NCBI GenBank assembly: GCA_965249865.1
Contig: CBDFMZ010000001.1
Span: forward strand, 40,202 to 104,201
Source: Acidobacteriota bacterium
Lineage (GTDB): Bacteria > Acidobacteriota > UBA6911 > RPQK01 > CBDFMZ01
Direction of reading: 5' to 3'
Length of the DNA: 64,000 bases
The notes under the pieces were generated by a model that did not search any database, had not been told where the DNA came from, and saw nothing but the letters and a program-made list of their open reading frames with translations. This document shows positions 31,377 through 40,030 of the stretch, in pieces. Both the position numbers and the translations under genes were made by a program. Positions within the stretch are counted from its first letter, which is position 1. The number at the start of each line of letters is the position of its first letter.

Positions 31377-32864
31377 TCAAAATGCATAACCCAAAGCGAT
31401 GTTGTACTGATTAAGCCCTGTGGTCGCTTCGTTTCGAGTCCACTGATAATCGGACTTCAGCACGATGTTGTAAATCGGTCGTAGTTCTAAACCCAGTGAA
31501 TGGAAAATGCCGTTTCGAATAGGATTGCCGAAAAATCCCGGGGGAACTTCATCTTGGGTATTGAGTCTTTCGAACCGATAATAAGGGGTCAATCCGATTC
31601 TCTCCGTGTACTGTGATAGTACGTTGTAACCGAACTGTACGTAACCTCCCTGCAGGCTTTCCCCGATCGAGTCCTGACCGATCAGGCTGCGCGCCGCGTT
31701 CAGTTCGGCCACATCATCGAGGGTGGCTCGTGCGTACAAACCTCGAACGTCAAAACCGCGCACTTGTACCTGAGCGTGCAGCTCCCCAATCACGGTCCTA
31801 ACCTTTACATCCGTTCCATTTTGTTCAAACTGATTCTGACCGGAGTTCCCTGTGTAGACAGAACCTCCAAAAAACACGCCGGGTGTGGGAGACACATCTA
31901 GCCGACCTACAAAGGCCAGATCAGAAGCTTTCGCGTTTGAACCTTTCTGACGGCCACCCCGCAAACCATCGGAACTGAAACCACCAGCATCCAGACCATT
32001 AATGAGGTAGACCCGATAGTTAAACATTCCGGTCGAGCCAAGGACACCGAAGCCGTTTTCTCGCCAGGTCGTGGGGATGATCCGCCTCTCTGTCTGAGGT
32101 CTCAAAGTTCCCAAAAGTACGGTCGGCTCGTGAAACTCATTAGTAATACCCATCGGAACCAATAACAATCCTCCACGCAGAGTCAGGTGTGGACTCGCCC
32201 GATAATCGAGATAAGCAAACTCCAGTGAAGCTTCGTTGGCATGTTCTAACTCAATCTCGGAATTGAAAACAAACTTGTCGTTAAACCGATAACCGGTGTA
32301 GATAATGGCCCTCAGAAAATCTAGCTGAGAGCTTTTTTCAATGGCGTCTCCCCTTCCATTCACGGCATCGAAGTTTTGGTAGACCATCTCACCATAACCC
32401 GCAATAGAAACCCCGGTTGACTTGCGGTAGGTTGAGGCCGCCGATGGTGATAAACCTAAAGCTCTCGCTTGGTCAAAAGTCACCTCGATCTCGGGTTCGC
32501 CACTGCGCAGTTTCTCAACTTCTTCGGCAAGCACACCCAATTGCCGGCGAAGTTCTTCGATTTCCATTGTCTTCTCCGTCTCAGCGTGGTGCTTAGCAAA
32601 ACTTTTCTCCTCTTGGGAAGCCAACCGGCTCATCTCCAGACTTTTCAAGCGCTCTTCAAACTCCTGGATCTTGCTCCGCATCGTCTGTTTTTCGTCGGCA
32701 GCCCCGGCAGTTGTCCCCTCTGCCACCAATCCAAAAATTAATGCAAAAAACGCGAGCTTTGATGTTGCCATTCGAACAGTTCGGATCAATGATTTCTTCA
32801 TACTTCTGTCCATCACGGGTCTCCCCGCCAAACCAAGAAGGTGCCGTTGACTCTCTCGAGCCAT
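31377..32864 (-). CDS. Outer-membrane beta-barrel/porin (OprO/P-like) with an N-terminal coiled coil
   Basis: Signal peptide, coiled coil, GYGE.VY.NF, NSEIELEH, EFAYLDY, terminal aromatic LGYAF (BAM signal). The true start may be about 60 nt downstream. Confidence 0.75.
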   Translation of the reverse strand: MARESQRHLLGLAGRPVMDRSMKKSLIRTVRMATSKLAFFALIFGLVAEGTTAGAADEKQTMRSKIQEFEERLKSLEMSRLASQEEKSFAKHHAETEKTMEIEELRRQLGVLAEEVEKLRSGEPEIEVTFDQARALGLSPSAASTYRKSTGVSIAGYGEMVYQNFDAVNGRGDAIEKSSQLDFLRAIIYTGYRFNDKFVFNSEIELEHANEASLEFAYLDYRASPHLTLRGGLLLVPMGITNEFHEPTVLLGTLRPQTERRIIPTTWRENGFGVLGSTGMFNYRVYLINGLDAGGFSSDGLRGGRQKGSNAKASDLAFVGRLDVSPTPGVFFGGSVYTGNSGQNQFEQNGTDVKVRTVIGELHAQVQVRGFDVRGLYARATLDDVAELNAARSLIGQDSIGESLQGGYVQFGYNVLSQYTERIGLTPYYRFERLNTQDEVPPGFFGNPIRNGIFHSLGLELRPIYNIVLKSDYQWTRNEATTGLNQYNIALGYAF

Positions 32865-32983
32865 AGGCGCATACTGGCAACGGCGTTTGGAAATTTACCC
32901 GTTAGCAAAAGCGCCGTTGCTTTGCCCACCAGCGCGTCTCGCCTCCACAAAGCCTCCTGCGATTAACTGGTGTTCATATTACT

Positions 32984-33002
32984 GATATTGAGAATCAATT
33001 TC
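32984..33002. promoter_or_regulatory. Fur box upstream of the porin-FMN-cyt b-apbE operon
   Basis: GATATTGAGAATCAATTTC = 15/19 match to GATAATGATAATCATTATC; lies just downstream of a minus-strand TTGACA-15 nt-TATACT candidate promoter (33013-33039, suboptimal spacing). Confidence 0.65.
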
Positions 33003-33211
33003 AAGATTATCGAGTATAGACTACTCGGGGACATTGTCAAAAAAAGATGAGGCCATTCCATGACTCCGGCCTCTGCAGTAGAAGTTCGAAACCGTGGATA
33101 GAGCTGAAGATAACCTGAGAGGCCAACGTTAAAAACTGACTACTGCAGTCATCTCAGCCAGTGTTTACGCGGTGAGTTGACGGAAATGCGAAGGGGGATC
33201 TTTTGGCAAGC

Positions 33212-34351
33212 TTAGACCTTTGTCACAACGACCGAATTGTTGGCCTTCAAACGAATGGTGATGTTGACCTCGATCGGATCAGTAGCGCCAATGGAAACCT
33301 TGCCGGCATTGAACTTAAACTTGGGAAGGCTGAGGGAATAAGTACCGGGTGGCACCTCGGTTGAAGTCACCCCCACACGGCCCCGGAATTTGATTCGAGA
33401 GGTGGAATAGGTCTTTCCATCCTCCTCGCCTTTCAAGACAAAGCGCAGATTAGCCATTCGGTAAATGTCAAAGGAGTTCCCCGCATCCTTGGAGATCCGG
33501 ATGACCACCCCACGGGGCAGGTGGCGCTGGGCAAATCGCTGTTCGACCCTGGCCATTCGATCACCCATCTGCTCACCCAACCACTGGGCATACTGATCGT
33601 TCGCCTTCATTTCTCGAATAACGTCGTTAATGATCTTCAGTAAGTCCTCGTGAGAAGGATGGACAGCCACTCCGAAGTCCAAGGTGCCCACATTTCCGGG
33701 AACAATTTCCAAAAAATTCGCACCGGGAACCGTGTCCAACGAGTAGGCCGCCATGGAGCGATCATCGATGACGGCATCGACTTCTCCTCGCTTCAACGCC
33801 AAAATAGCGTCATCTAGTGTTTGGTAGCCGATGGAACTGCTGTCGGCAAATTCACGTTTCACCAAGACTTCTATCGCCGTGTCCTCCCGCACTCCGATTT
33901 TGGCTCCCGTGAGCACCGTGTCCCGAAGATCACGGCGAATGGGATTAATAATCAGCCCTAGCTCTGAGGTGTAGTAGGGCTCAGAAAACGCAACCCGCTT
34001 CCGCCGTTCCTCAGTGATACCAAACACCCCCAACACCAAATCCACCTCCCCATTCTCCAAGGCTGGAATCAATCCCTCGTAACTGCGAGTTATCCACTTC
34101 AATTCAATCTCCAGGGTGTTACCAAGCCCACCCACCATGTCCACCAGACGCTGAGCTAACTCCGCATCGGGACCCACCAACTGCTGCTCCTTCTGGTAGA
34201 GAAAGGGCGCTTCAAAAGGCACCGTCCCTACCAAAACCCATCCACCCTTCTTAATTTTGTTCAAGACAGATCCGCCGCAGCCAGCGATCAACCCTGCCAC
34301 AAGCAGTAAAACCAGTGAAGCCGTATTCCGTTTCTTCATAGTCTTTACCAA
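33212..34351 (-). CDS. Polar amino-acid ABC substrate-binding lipoprotein with an extra C-terminal domain
   Basis: Lipobox LIAGC, PFEAPF, G.DAELA, LIPALENGEVD, FSEPYY, GEVDAVI; about 100 aa beta-rich tail. Confidence 0.8.
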   Translation of the reverse strand: MVKTMKKRNTASLVLLLVAGLIAGCGGSVLNKIKKGGWVLVGTVPFEAPFLYQKEQQLVGPDAELAQRLVDMVGGLGNTLEIELKWITRSYEGLIPALENGEVDLVLGVFGITEERRKRVAFSEPYYTSELGLIINPIRRDLRDTVLTGAKIGVREDTAIEVLVKREFADSSSIGYQTLDDAILALKRGEVDAVIDDRSMAAYSLDTVPGANFLEIVPGNVGTLDFGVAVHPSHEDLLKIINDVIREMKANDQYAQWLGEQMGDRMARVEQRFAQRHLPRGVVIRISKDAGNSFDIYRMANLRFVLKGEEDGKTYSTSRIKFRGRVGVTSTEVPPGTYSLSLPKFKFNAGKVSIGATDPIEVNITIRLKANNSVVVTKV

Positions 34352-34620
34352 AACTGAAAGGGAGAGTAAGCGTTTATATCAGAACTCTTCGACGAAGGCA
34401 ATAATGGTATGGGTATTTCACTCCATTATGAACCGCAAGTAATACCACTCGCCCTACCCTACTTAAGTAACACGTTGTTTTGTAAAAGGTCGCTTTGAGC
34501 TGAGATCGCGAAGTGAGATGGGGATACATACCAACGAGCGACAAGGAGATCACCTCACCCTCCCACCTGCCCAGCAGATTGCGGCAGCACCGAACCGCAG
34601 CCTGTTTTCCCTATTTCGAG

Positions 34621-35217
34621 TCAGGCGTAGAAAGGAGTTTCCCCAGTGGTGTGATCGGTGGTGTCGACGACCTCGGCGACTTCGGGGATCAGTTCTTTGA
34701 TCCTAGCTTCGACTCCCTGTTTCAAGGTCACGTCAACCATGCCACAACCATGACATCCACCGCCGAAGCTGATATGGACCTTATTGTCGCTCACACCCAT
34801 CAACTGCATCACCCCCCCATGAGCCGCCACGGCGGGATTCAGTTCAGTATCAATCAACTGTTGTACCCTCTCAGCAATGGAGCCAGCTAAGTCTCCCCGC
34901 GGCCCCTTACCCAAAGTGGGAGTCTCGGGTACGTTGGGATTTGTGAACTTGAAGCCGCTTTTCAAAATCCCTTCCTCAAAATCGACAGTAGATCCGTTCA
35001 GATTCTTCGCACTGTCCGGATCCATTACCACCTCAAACTCACCCGCATTCTCAACCACGTCGTCGGCTCTTTTCTCTTCCTGGCGGATCATTTTCATCCC
35101 AAAGACAAATGCCGCCGTACCATTGGTCTTGGCTTCCAAACGCAGCATAGACGGCGAATCCTGGCTCTTCAAAACAGCCAGGATTTGCCGTTTAGCTTCT
35201 TCCGTTATTGTAATCAT
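34621..35217 (-). CDS. nfuA: Fe/S biogenesis protein NfuA
   Basis: A-type carrier N-domain plus Nfu domain LNPAVAAHGG and GGGCHGCGMVDVTLKQGVE. Confidence 0.9.
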   Translation of the reverse strand: MITITEEAKRQILAVLKSQDSPSMLRLEAKTNGTAAFVFGMKMIRQEEKRADDVVENAGEFEVVMDPDSAKNLNGSTVDFEEGILKSGFKFTNPNVPETPTLGKGPRGDLAGSIAERVQQLIDTELNPAVAAHGGVMQLMGVSDNKVHISFGGGCHGCGMVDVTLKQGVEARIKELIPEVAEVVDTTDHTTGETPFYA

Positions 35218-35343
35218 GGTCCCCCCGACTATCCTTGTCGCAAAAAACTTTCAGTAGTGGAAGTATACCAGATTTGATGGTGAAGTGTGAATTTGCGCTG
35301 GACTCCTCTGGCCCTGTGACAAAGATGGCGATACCTGGGGGGA

Positions 35344-35499
35344 GCATCGGCGACGACGAGCAAAGCCGTCCAGCGGCAGCAAACCTTTGGCGCCCTTCGG
35401 GTAGAGGAGACGCGGACCTCTCTACGGTATAGCTTCTCCTCGATGACGACTCGGCATTGCCTTGATCGGCACCCATGGCATCCGGACCTAAAGCGCTTG
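35344..35499 (-). repeat. Copy A of the dispersed, diverged intergenic repeat
   Basis: Reverse complement aligns to 38005-38157 with 59/79 and 50/61 identities either side of a short divergent segment containing a 3-nt indel (manual alignment). Confidence 0.8.
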
Positions 35500-35763
35500 C
35501 ACGCAACCTGCTGGACTACTTTCACCACGGGCTGTTAGTCTCGAATTAGAAACCGTTGTGCCGGCAATAAATGGCATGTGGTTTTGTGAGCCAGGACAGA
35601 TAGGATCACTTTTTTTAAAAAAACCCAACTTTGCCACCCTTCAGACTTTCCAGGGGTTGACGGCAGGGCAGTTCCTTCTTCATGCTTAGTCCCCTATACC
35701 GCGGGATAAGTGGGTAGTGTCGTTGTGGTCTCTTAAAGGGAACGGCACCGTATGTGAAAGGAA

Positions 35764-37779
35764 ATGAACATAATGCCAGCAACTGCATCCAGCACCGCCT
35801 GGAAGTGTTTCGACACCGTCGTTTGTTTTGCAGCAGGGAAGGTTTTCGACTGCATCCAGTTATTCAATCAATATCGGCCTAATGCTTCTTTCACTCCAAA
35901 GTGGTCCGATAAACCACTATTGAAATCATGGGAGAAATCTAAGCCTAACCTGGGATTTCCTCGTCAGACAGACTCGCTTTGCCCCAAGTGCGTCGTTGAA
36001 ACTCGCGAAAGGATTCTGAAGGGTGAGGAAGACTATCGCATTTTGATCAATGAAAAGGTTGGTGAGATCAAAGCTGAAATAATAGAGCGCAACGGAGAGA
36101 TCTGGATGGTCAAGGACTGTCCACAGCACGGGAGATTTGAAGATCTCATGGCCATCGATTCAGATTTTCTGCATTGGATCGAAGCCAACTTTCCGGGTCG
36201 GGACATTGCTGCCCACAACGACACGGACCTTCACAATCACGGGTCTAGTACCATTCGACACGGAAGAGGTTCAGTGCTCACCGTTGATCTGACCAATCGT
36301 TGCAACATGATGTGTGATCCTTGTTTTATGGATGCTAACCAGGTCGGATTTGTACACGAACTCGAGTGGGAGGAAATCAAGGAGATATTGGATAACTCTT
36401 TGAAAATTAAGCCCAGGCGCCAGATGTCAGTCCAATTTTCAGGGGGTGAGCCGACGCTCTCTCCCCACTTCTTTCGTGCCCTCAAATACGCTCGTAAGAT
36501 CGGCTTCAACAGCGTCCAGTGCGCGACCAACGGCATCGAGTTCGCCAAGAGTAAGGAGTTTACTCGCAAGGCGTTCGAAGCGGGTCTTCGTTATACCTAT
36601 CTGCAATTTGATGGAATCGGGAATGATGCGAACAGCCATCGTAACGTCGGGAACCTGTTTGACGTAAAACTGCGAGCCATTAATAACATTCACGAAGCAG
36701 GTATCGAAATCGTGCTTGTCATCACGCTGGTTAACGACGTGAACAATGATCAAGTAGGTCCCATTATCCGCTTTGCAATGGACAACCCGAAGAAAATCGC
36801 CTTCATCTCCTTCCAGCCAGTTTCTTTTACCGGAAGAGATGAGGCCATCACTGAAGAGCGACGTCTTCGCCAGCGCTATACCCTCTCCCATATGGCCCAA
36901 GATGTGAAGAAGCAGACCGGAATCACTGAGCCAACCCGCGACTGGTTTCCACTTTCATTAATGGGTGCATTTGCAGATTTCGCTGATCTGGTGCACGGCC
37001 CAAACGCTGACTGGGGGCAAGTGAGCTGCGGTTGCCATCCGAACTGTGGTGTGGGAACAGCCCTGATGATTGACAAGGAAACCAAAGAAGCATCACCGGT
37101 TCCCCAATTCTTGAACATTCCGGGACTCGTCAAAGATATGCAAAAGATTACCGATGCAGCCCGCAGTAAATCTTTCTCAAACTTTTTAATGGGCATGGCC
37201 TTGTTGAAGAACTACAAACCCTTTCAGTCTCCTTCCGGCTTGCGCCTATTCGACATCCTAAAAAAGTTTGACAAGAGTTTTGGTCTGACTGGACGGGACT
37301 ATGGTGTGACAGCCAAAGAACGTCGCCAGGATCGTTGGAATTTTCTATTCATTGCCGGTATGTGGTTTCAGGACCTGTTCAATTATGACTTCCGTCGTAC
37401 CGAGATGTGCATCATTCCTTACGCAACTCAGGAAGGTGAGATTTCCTTCTGCGCTTATAACACTGGCCACGGTTGGCGCAACATCATCGAACACATGCAC
37501 ATGAATGCCACTGTCGCGAAATGGTATGAAGCGCACGGCCGCCATGATATTTTTGCTGGCGGCAAGAACGTAAATTTGCAAAGTTATGAAAACTCACTAA
37601 AGATCGACGCTAAGGATGCTGCTCGAGTTAAGCAAGAGAGCAACCTGCCTCAGACGGCTCGTGATGAGAAGCTACTGCGCAGAGAAGCTGCTAAGGAGGC
37701 TTCTCAAGTACACCAGTATTACGAAGAAATGGTCCTGAAGAAGAAGAGAAAAAACGATTTGGTTCAGCTGGGAATGTGA
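35764..37779 (+). CDS. Radical SAM enzyme, tetraether lipid synthase (Tes / GDGT-MAS, MJ0619 family) homolog
   Basis: Rubredoxin-like CPKC...CPQH, TNRCNMMCDPCF (CX3CX2C), QFSGGEPT, ATNG, YLQFDG, FQPVSFTGR, auxiliary CHPNCG and C....TQEGEISFCAYN. Confidence 0.85.
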   Translation: MNIMPATASSTAWKCFDTVVCFAAGKVFDCIQLFNQYRPNASFTPKWSDKPLLKSWEKSKPNLGFPRQTDSLCPKCVVETRERILKGEEDYRILINEKVGEIKAEIIERNGEIWMVKDCPQHGRFEDLMAIDSDFLHWIEANFPGRDIAAHNDTDLHNHGSSTIRHGRGSVLTVDLTNRCNMMCDPCFMDANQVGFVHELEWEEIKEILDNSLKIKPRRQMSVQFSGGEPTLSPHFFRALKYARKIGFNSVQCATNGIEFAKSKEFTRKAFEAGLRYTYLQFDGIGNDANSHRNVGNLFDVKLRAINNIHEAGIEIVLVITLVNDVNNDQVGPIIRFAMDNPKKIAFISFQPVSFTGRDEAITEERRLRQRYTLSHMAQDVKKQTGITEPTRDWFPLSLMGAFADFADLVHGPNADWGQVSCGCHPNCGVGTALMIDKETKEASPVPQFLNIPGLVKDMQKITDAARSKSFSNFLMGMALLKNYKPFQSPSGLRLFDILKKFDKSFGLTGRDYGVTAKERRQDRWNFLFIAGMWFQDLFNYDFRRTEMCIIPYATQEGEISFCAYNTGHGWRNIIEHMHMNATVAKWYEAHGRHDIFAGGKNVNLQSYENSLKIDAKDAARVKQESNLPQTARDEKLLRREAAKEASQVHQYYEEMVLKKKRKNDLVQLGM

Positions 37780-37789
37780 GTTGCTAGCC

Positions 37790-37866
37790 GCCCGTCGTAA
37801 GAATCGCGTGATGTGAGCCTTCGTGTGGCAAACGGGACGGGCTTCGTTTTGGTGTTGCTTCTTTTC
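37790..37866 (+). terminator. Possible terminator hairpin after the Tes-like gene
   Basis: GCCCGTC (37790-37796) / GACGGGC (37836-37842) stem followed by a T-rich tract; the loop is long. Confidence 0.3.
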
Positions 37867-38004
37867 TACGCTCCGACCGTGTCGATTCACCTTAAGACTT
37901 GACGCGAATAACGTGGATCTCGGAGACACTGGAGCGACTCAATTTCCTAGGCCCGTTCTCCAGAACGGTCCCTTTCCACTTTAGCCGCCCGTCGTGACTG
38001 TTCA

Positions 38005-38157
38005 CAAGCGGCCTGGGTTCGGATGCCAAACGTACCAATTGAGACAATACCGAGTCATCGTCGAGGAAACGCTACACCGCAGATGGGACCATGCTGCTAC
38101 CCGAAGGGTGCCCGAGGATTGTGGCCGATGGCCGGCGTTGCTCGTCGGCGCCAATGC
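38005..38157 (+). repeat. Copy B of the dispersed, diverged intergenic repeat
   Basis: About 78% identity over 140 aligned nt to the reverse complement of 35344-35499. Confidence 0.8.
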
Positions 38158-38300
38158 GAGGGTATCGATCCCTCCTCGTGCCTGGCCAGAGACTCCATTA
38201 GACTTTTACTACGAACTGTTAGGCTAGCTCTGGCCACAAACGTCATGGAATTTCGAACCATCGTACTCAATGATCGGTTTAGAAGAAGGGGCCGAATGTC

Positions 38301-38642
38301 ATGACACAGCTGGTTAATAAGAAGTGTGTGCCCTGTCGAGGCGGAGTACCCCCTCTGACCACTGAACAGATCAGACCATTACTGCGAGAGGTAAATAATT
38401 GGAAAGCAGTCAACCATCACCATCTAGAGAGAGAGTTCACATTCCCGGACTTCAAGAAGGCACTTGACTTCGTCAACCGCGTTGGGGAGATCGCCGAGCA
38501 GGAGGACCACCACCCGGACATTTACCTGGCCTGGGGGAAGGTCGAGATCACAATCTGGACACACAAGATCGACGGACTCACGCAGAGCGACTTTATTTTT
38601 GCGGCAAAGGTCGATCAGACCTGGATGACCCAAAAAGAGTGA
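38301..38642 (+). CDS. Pterin-4-alpha-carbinolamine dehydratase
   Basis: CVPCRGG, FTFPDFKKALDFVNRVG..AE..DHHPDI, WTHKIDGLT..DFIFAAK. Confidence 0.93.
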   Translation: MTQLVNKKCVPCRGGVPPLTTEQIRPLLREVNNWKAVNHHHLEREFTFPDFKKALDFVNRVGEIAEQEDHHPDIYLAWGKVEITIWTHKIDGLTQSDFIFAAKVDQTWMTQKE

Positions 38643-38702
38643 AATCAGTTCCGAACTCGTTGGAATATCCCAGCGAGTGCCTAAGTGTTTCGTCTAGTAC
38701 TG

Positions 38703-39069
38703 ATGCGGATTTGTTCCCTTCTTTCCAGTGCTACCAAGGTCGCTTTTTTTGCTTGACCTAGGTGATGACTTGACTATCGACCACGTGACCAACTCCAGCC
38801 GCCAGATTCCCCATCACATCTCGCAAGCAGTACACAGTGGCAGCAGCATCTACGAATTGGATCAGAAACTCCTCCGGGAACTTAGCCCCATTATCATCCT
38901 TACCCAGGAACTCTGCGACGTTTGCGCGATCTCCTAGGACCAGGTTACAAATGCGGTGCGAGTACTCAAAGCACCGTGCAAGGTTCTTTTCCTAGAGCCG
39001 ACTAGCCTTGGCGGCCTTCTCGAGCCGAACAACCGTGTAGGACAGTTTACGCTTATTCCTGAACGGTAA
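38703..39069 (+). pseudogene. BtuF-like cobalamin/iron-siderophore periplasmic binding protein pseudogene
   Basis: MRICSLLSSAT / LDLGDDL / HSGSSIYELD..LLREL.P..ILTQELCDVCAIS*DQV..AVRVL..KVLFLEPTSL; frameshift, internal deletion, in-frame TAG, truncated. Confidence 0.8.
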
Positions 39070-39669
39070 GCCACGCTCATTAAGCATCTAAGAATGCGCG
39101 TTGATCAGGTTACCTAAAAGGTTGAAGACATCGCCTGTCCACCCTCGAGTTTTCGCCCATGGAGTGACTGGAAACCACCTTGTGCGGGTCGTCACAGTTG
39201 GCGGCTGTTGGCAAAGGACAAGTTTACGTGGTCGACGCGCGCCTCCGCCTATTTTAATCGCTCGGGCCCCGCATTGTAGACGGTGTCGAGATTCTGGCCG
39301 GTATTCTACATCCGCAGCTTTTCCCGCGGAAGAAACCACCCAAAGCCTGGCAACGCATGACTGGCCCTCAGCTTAGCAACACGTGATGAAAGTCGTTCCG
39401 AATCGGGCCCCTAGCATCGGGTCCCACGGCGCTTGCCACGCGAACCATGGGTCTTTCACCACTAACTGCTAGCCCGGATTATGCATAAACTGTCTATTGC
39501 ATCGGCAAAATTATCCGTTCTGACTATGAACGTTCGGGAATATTGTGTAACACTTTTTTCCATTCAGACAGCTTCTGAGCGAGCTCGTAGGGCAAGTACA
39601 GAAACCACCTAGGTTCTCATTGCTGATATTCATCATAGCGGCCCAGTAGGGATCGGTCCAAAGTACAAG

Positions 39670-39960
39670 GACCAAACACCTGTTGTTGAGCCTCTCGATT
39701 GGGCACGGGAAATTGCGCAGTCTATTCCTTCAGGGTTAGGTGCATCCGCTCACGACGAGGATTATGCTCGGGATATCCTGGCTGGATCCTCAGCCGGATC
39801 CACCACATCGGTACTCACAAAAGGGGTCCCCTTATCCGTCACAATCGCTTGGGGGAGCCCCTGCTGCCTCACTAGACTGTCACCGACGTTCCCGGTCTGT
39901 ACCATGCGTTGTACGTTCGGTCGACCTCCTCGATGCACTGTACGAGTACGCCTGCAGGGG
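39670..39960 (-). mobile_element. Degenerate IS481-family transposase fragment (integrase core)
   Basis: GLPQAIVTDKGTPF / WWIRLRIQPGYPEHNPRRERMHLTLKE* / AQQQVF matches GLP.AI.TDNG.PF...WW.RLGI...I.PG.P.QNGR.ERMH.TLK. Confidence 0.75.
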
Positions 39961-40030
39961 TCTCAGTCACCACCCCTTGTCAGGTCGGCGTTTTCGCCGC
40001 GTCGCTACGACACCTTATGCATAATCCGGT

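Noticed and set aside
35229-35528. ORFs 35229-35528 and 37994-38227 as a paralogous small-protein pair
   Set aside because: They align only because they overlie the repeat; substitutions show no codon-position bias and copy C has stops in this frame
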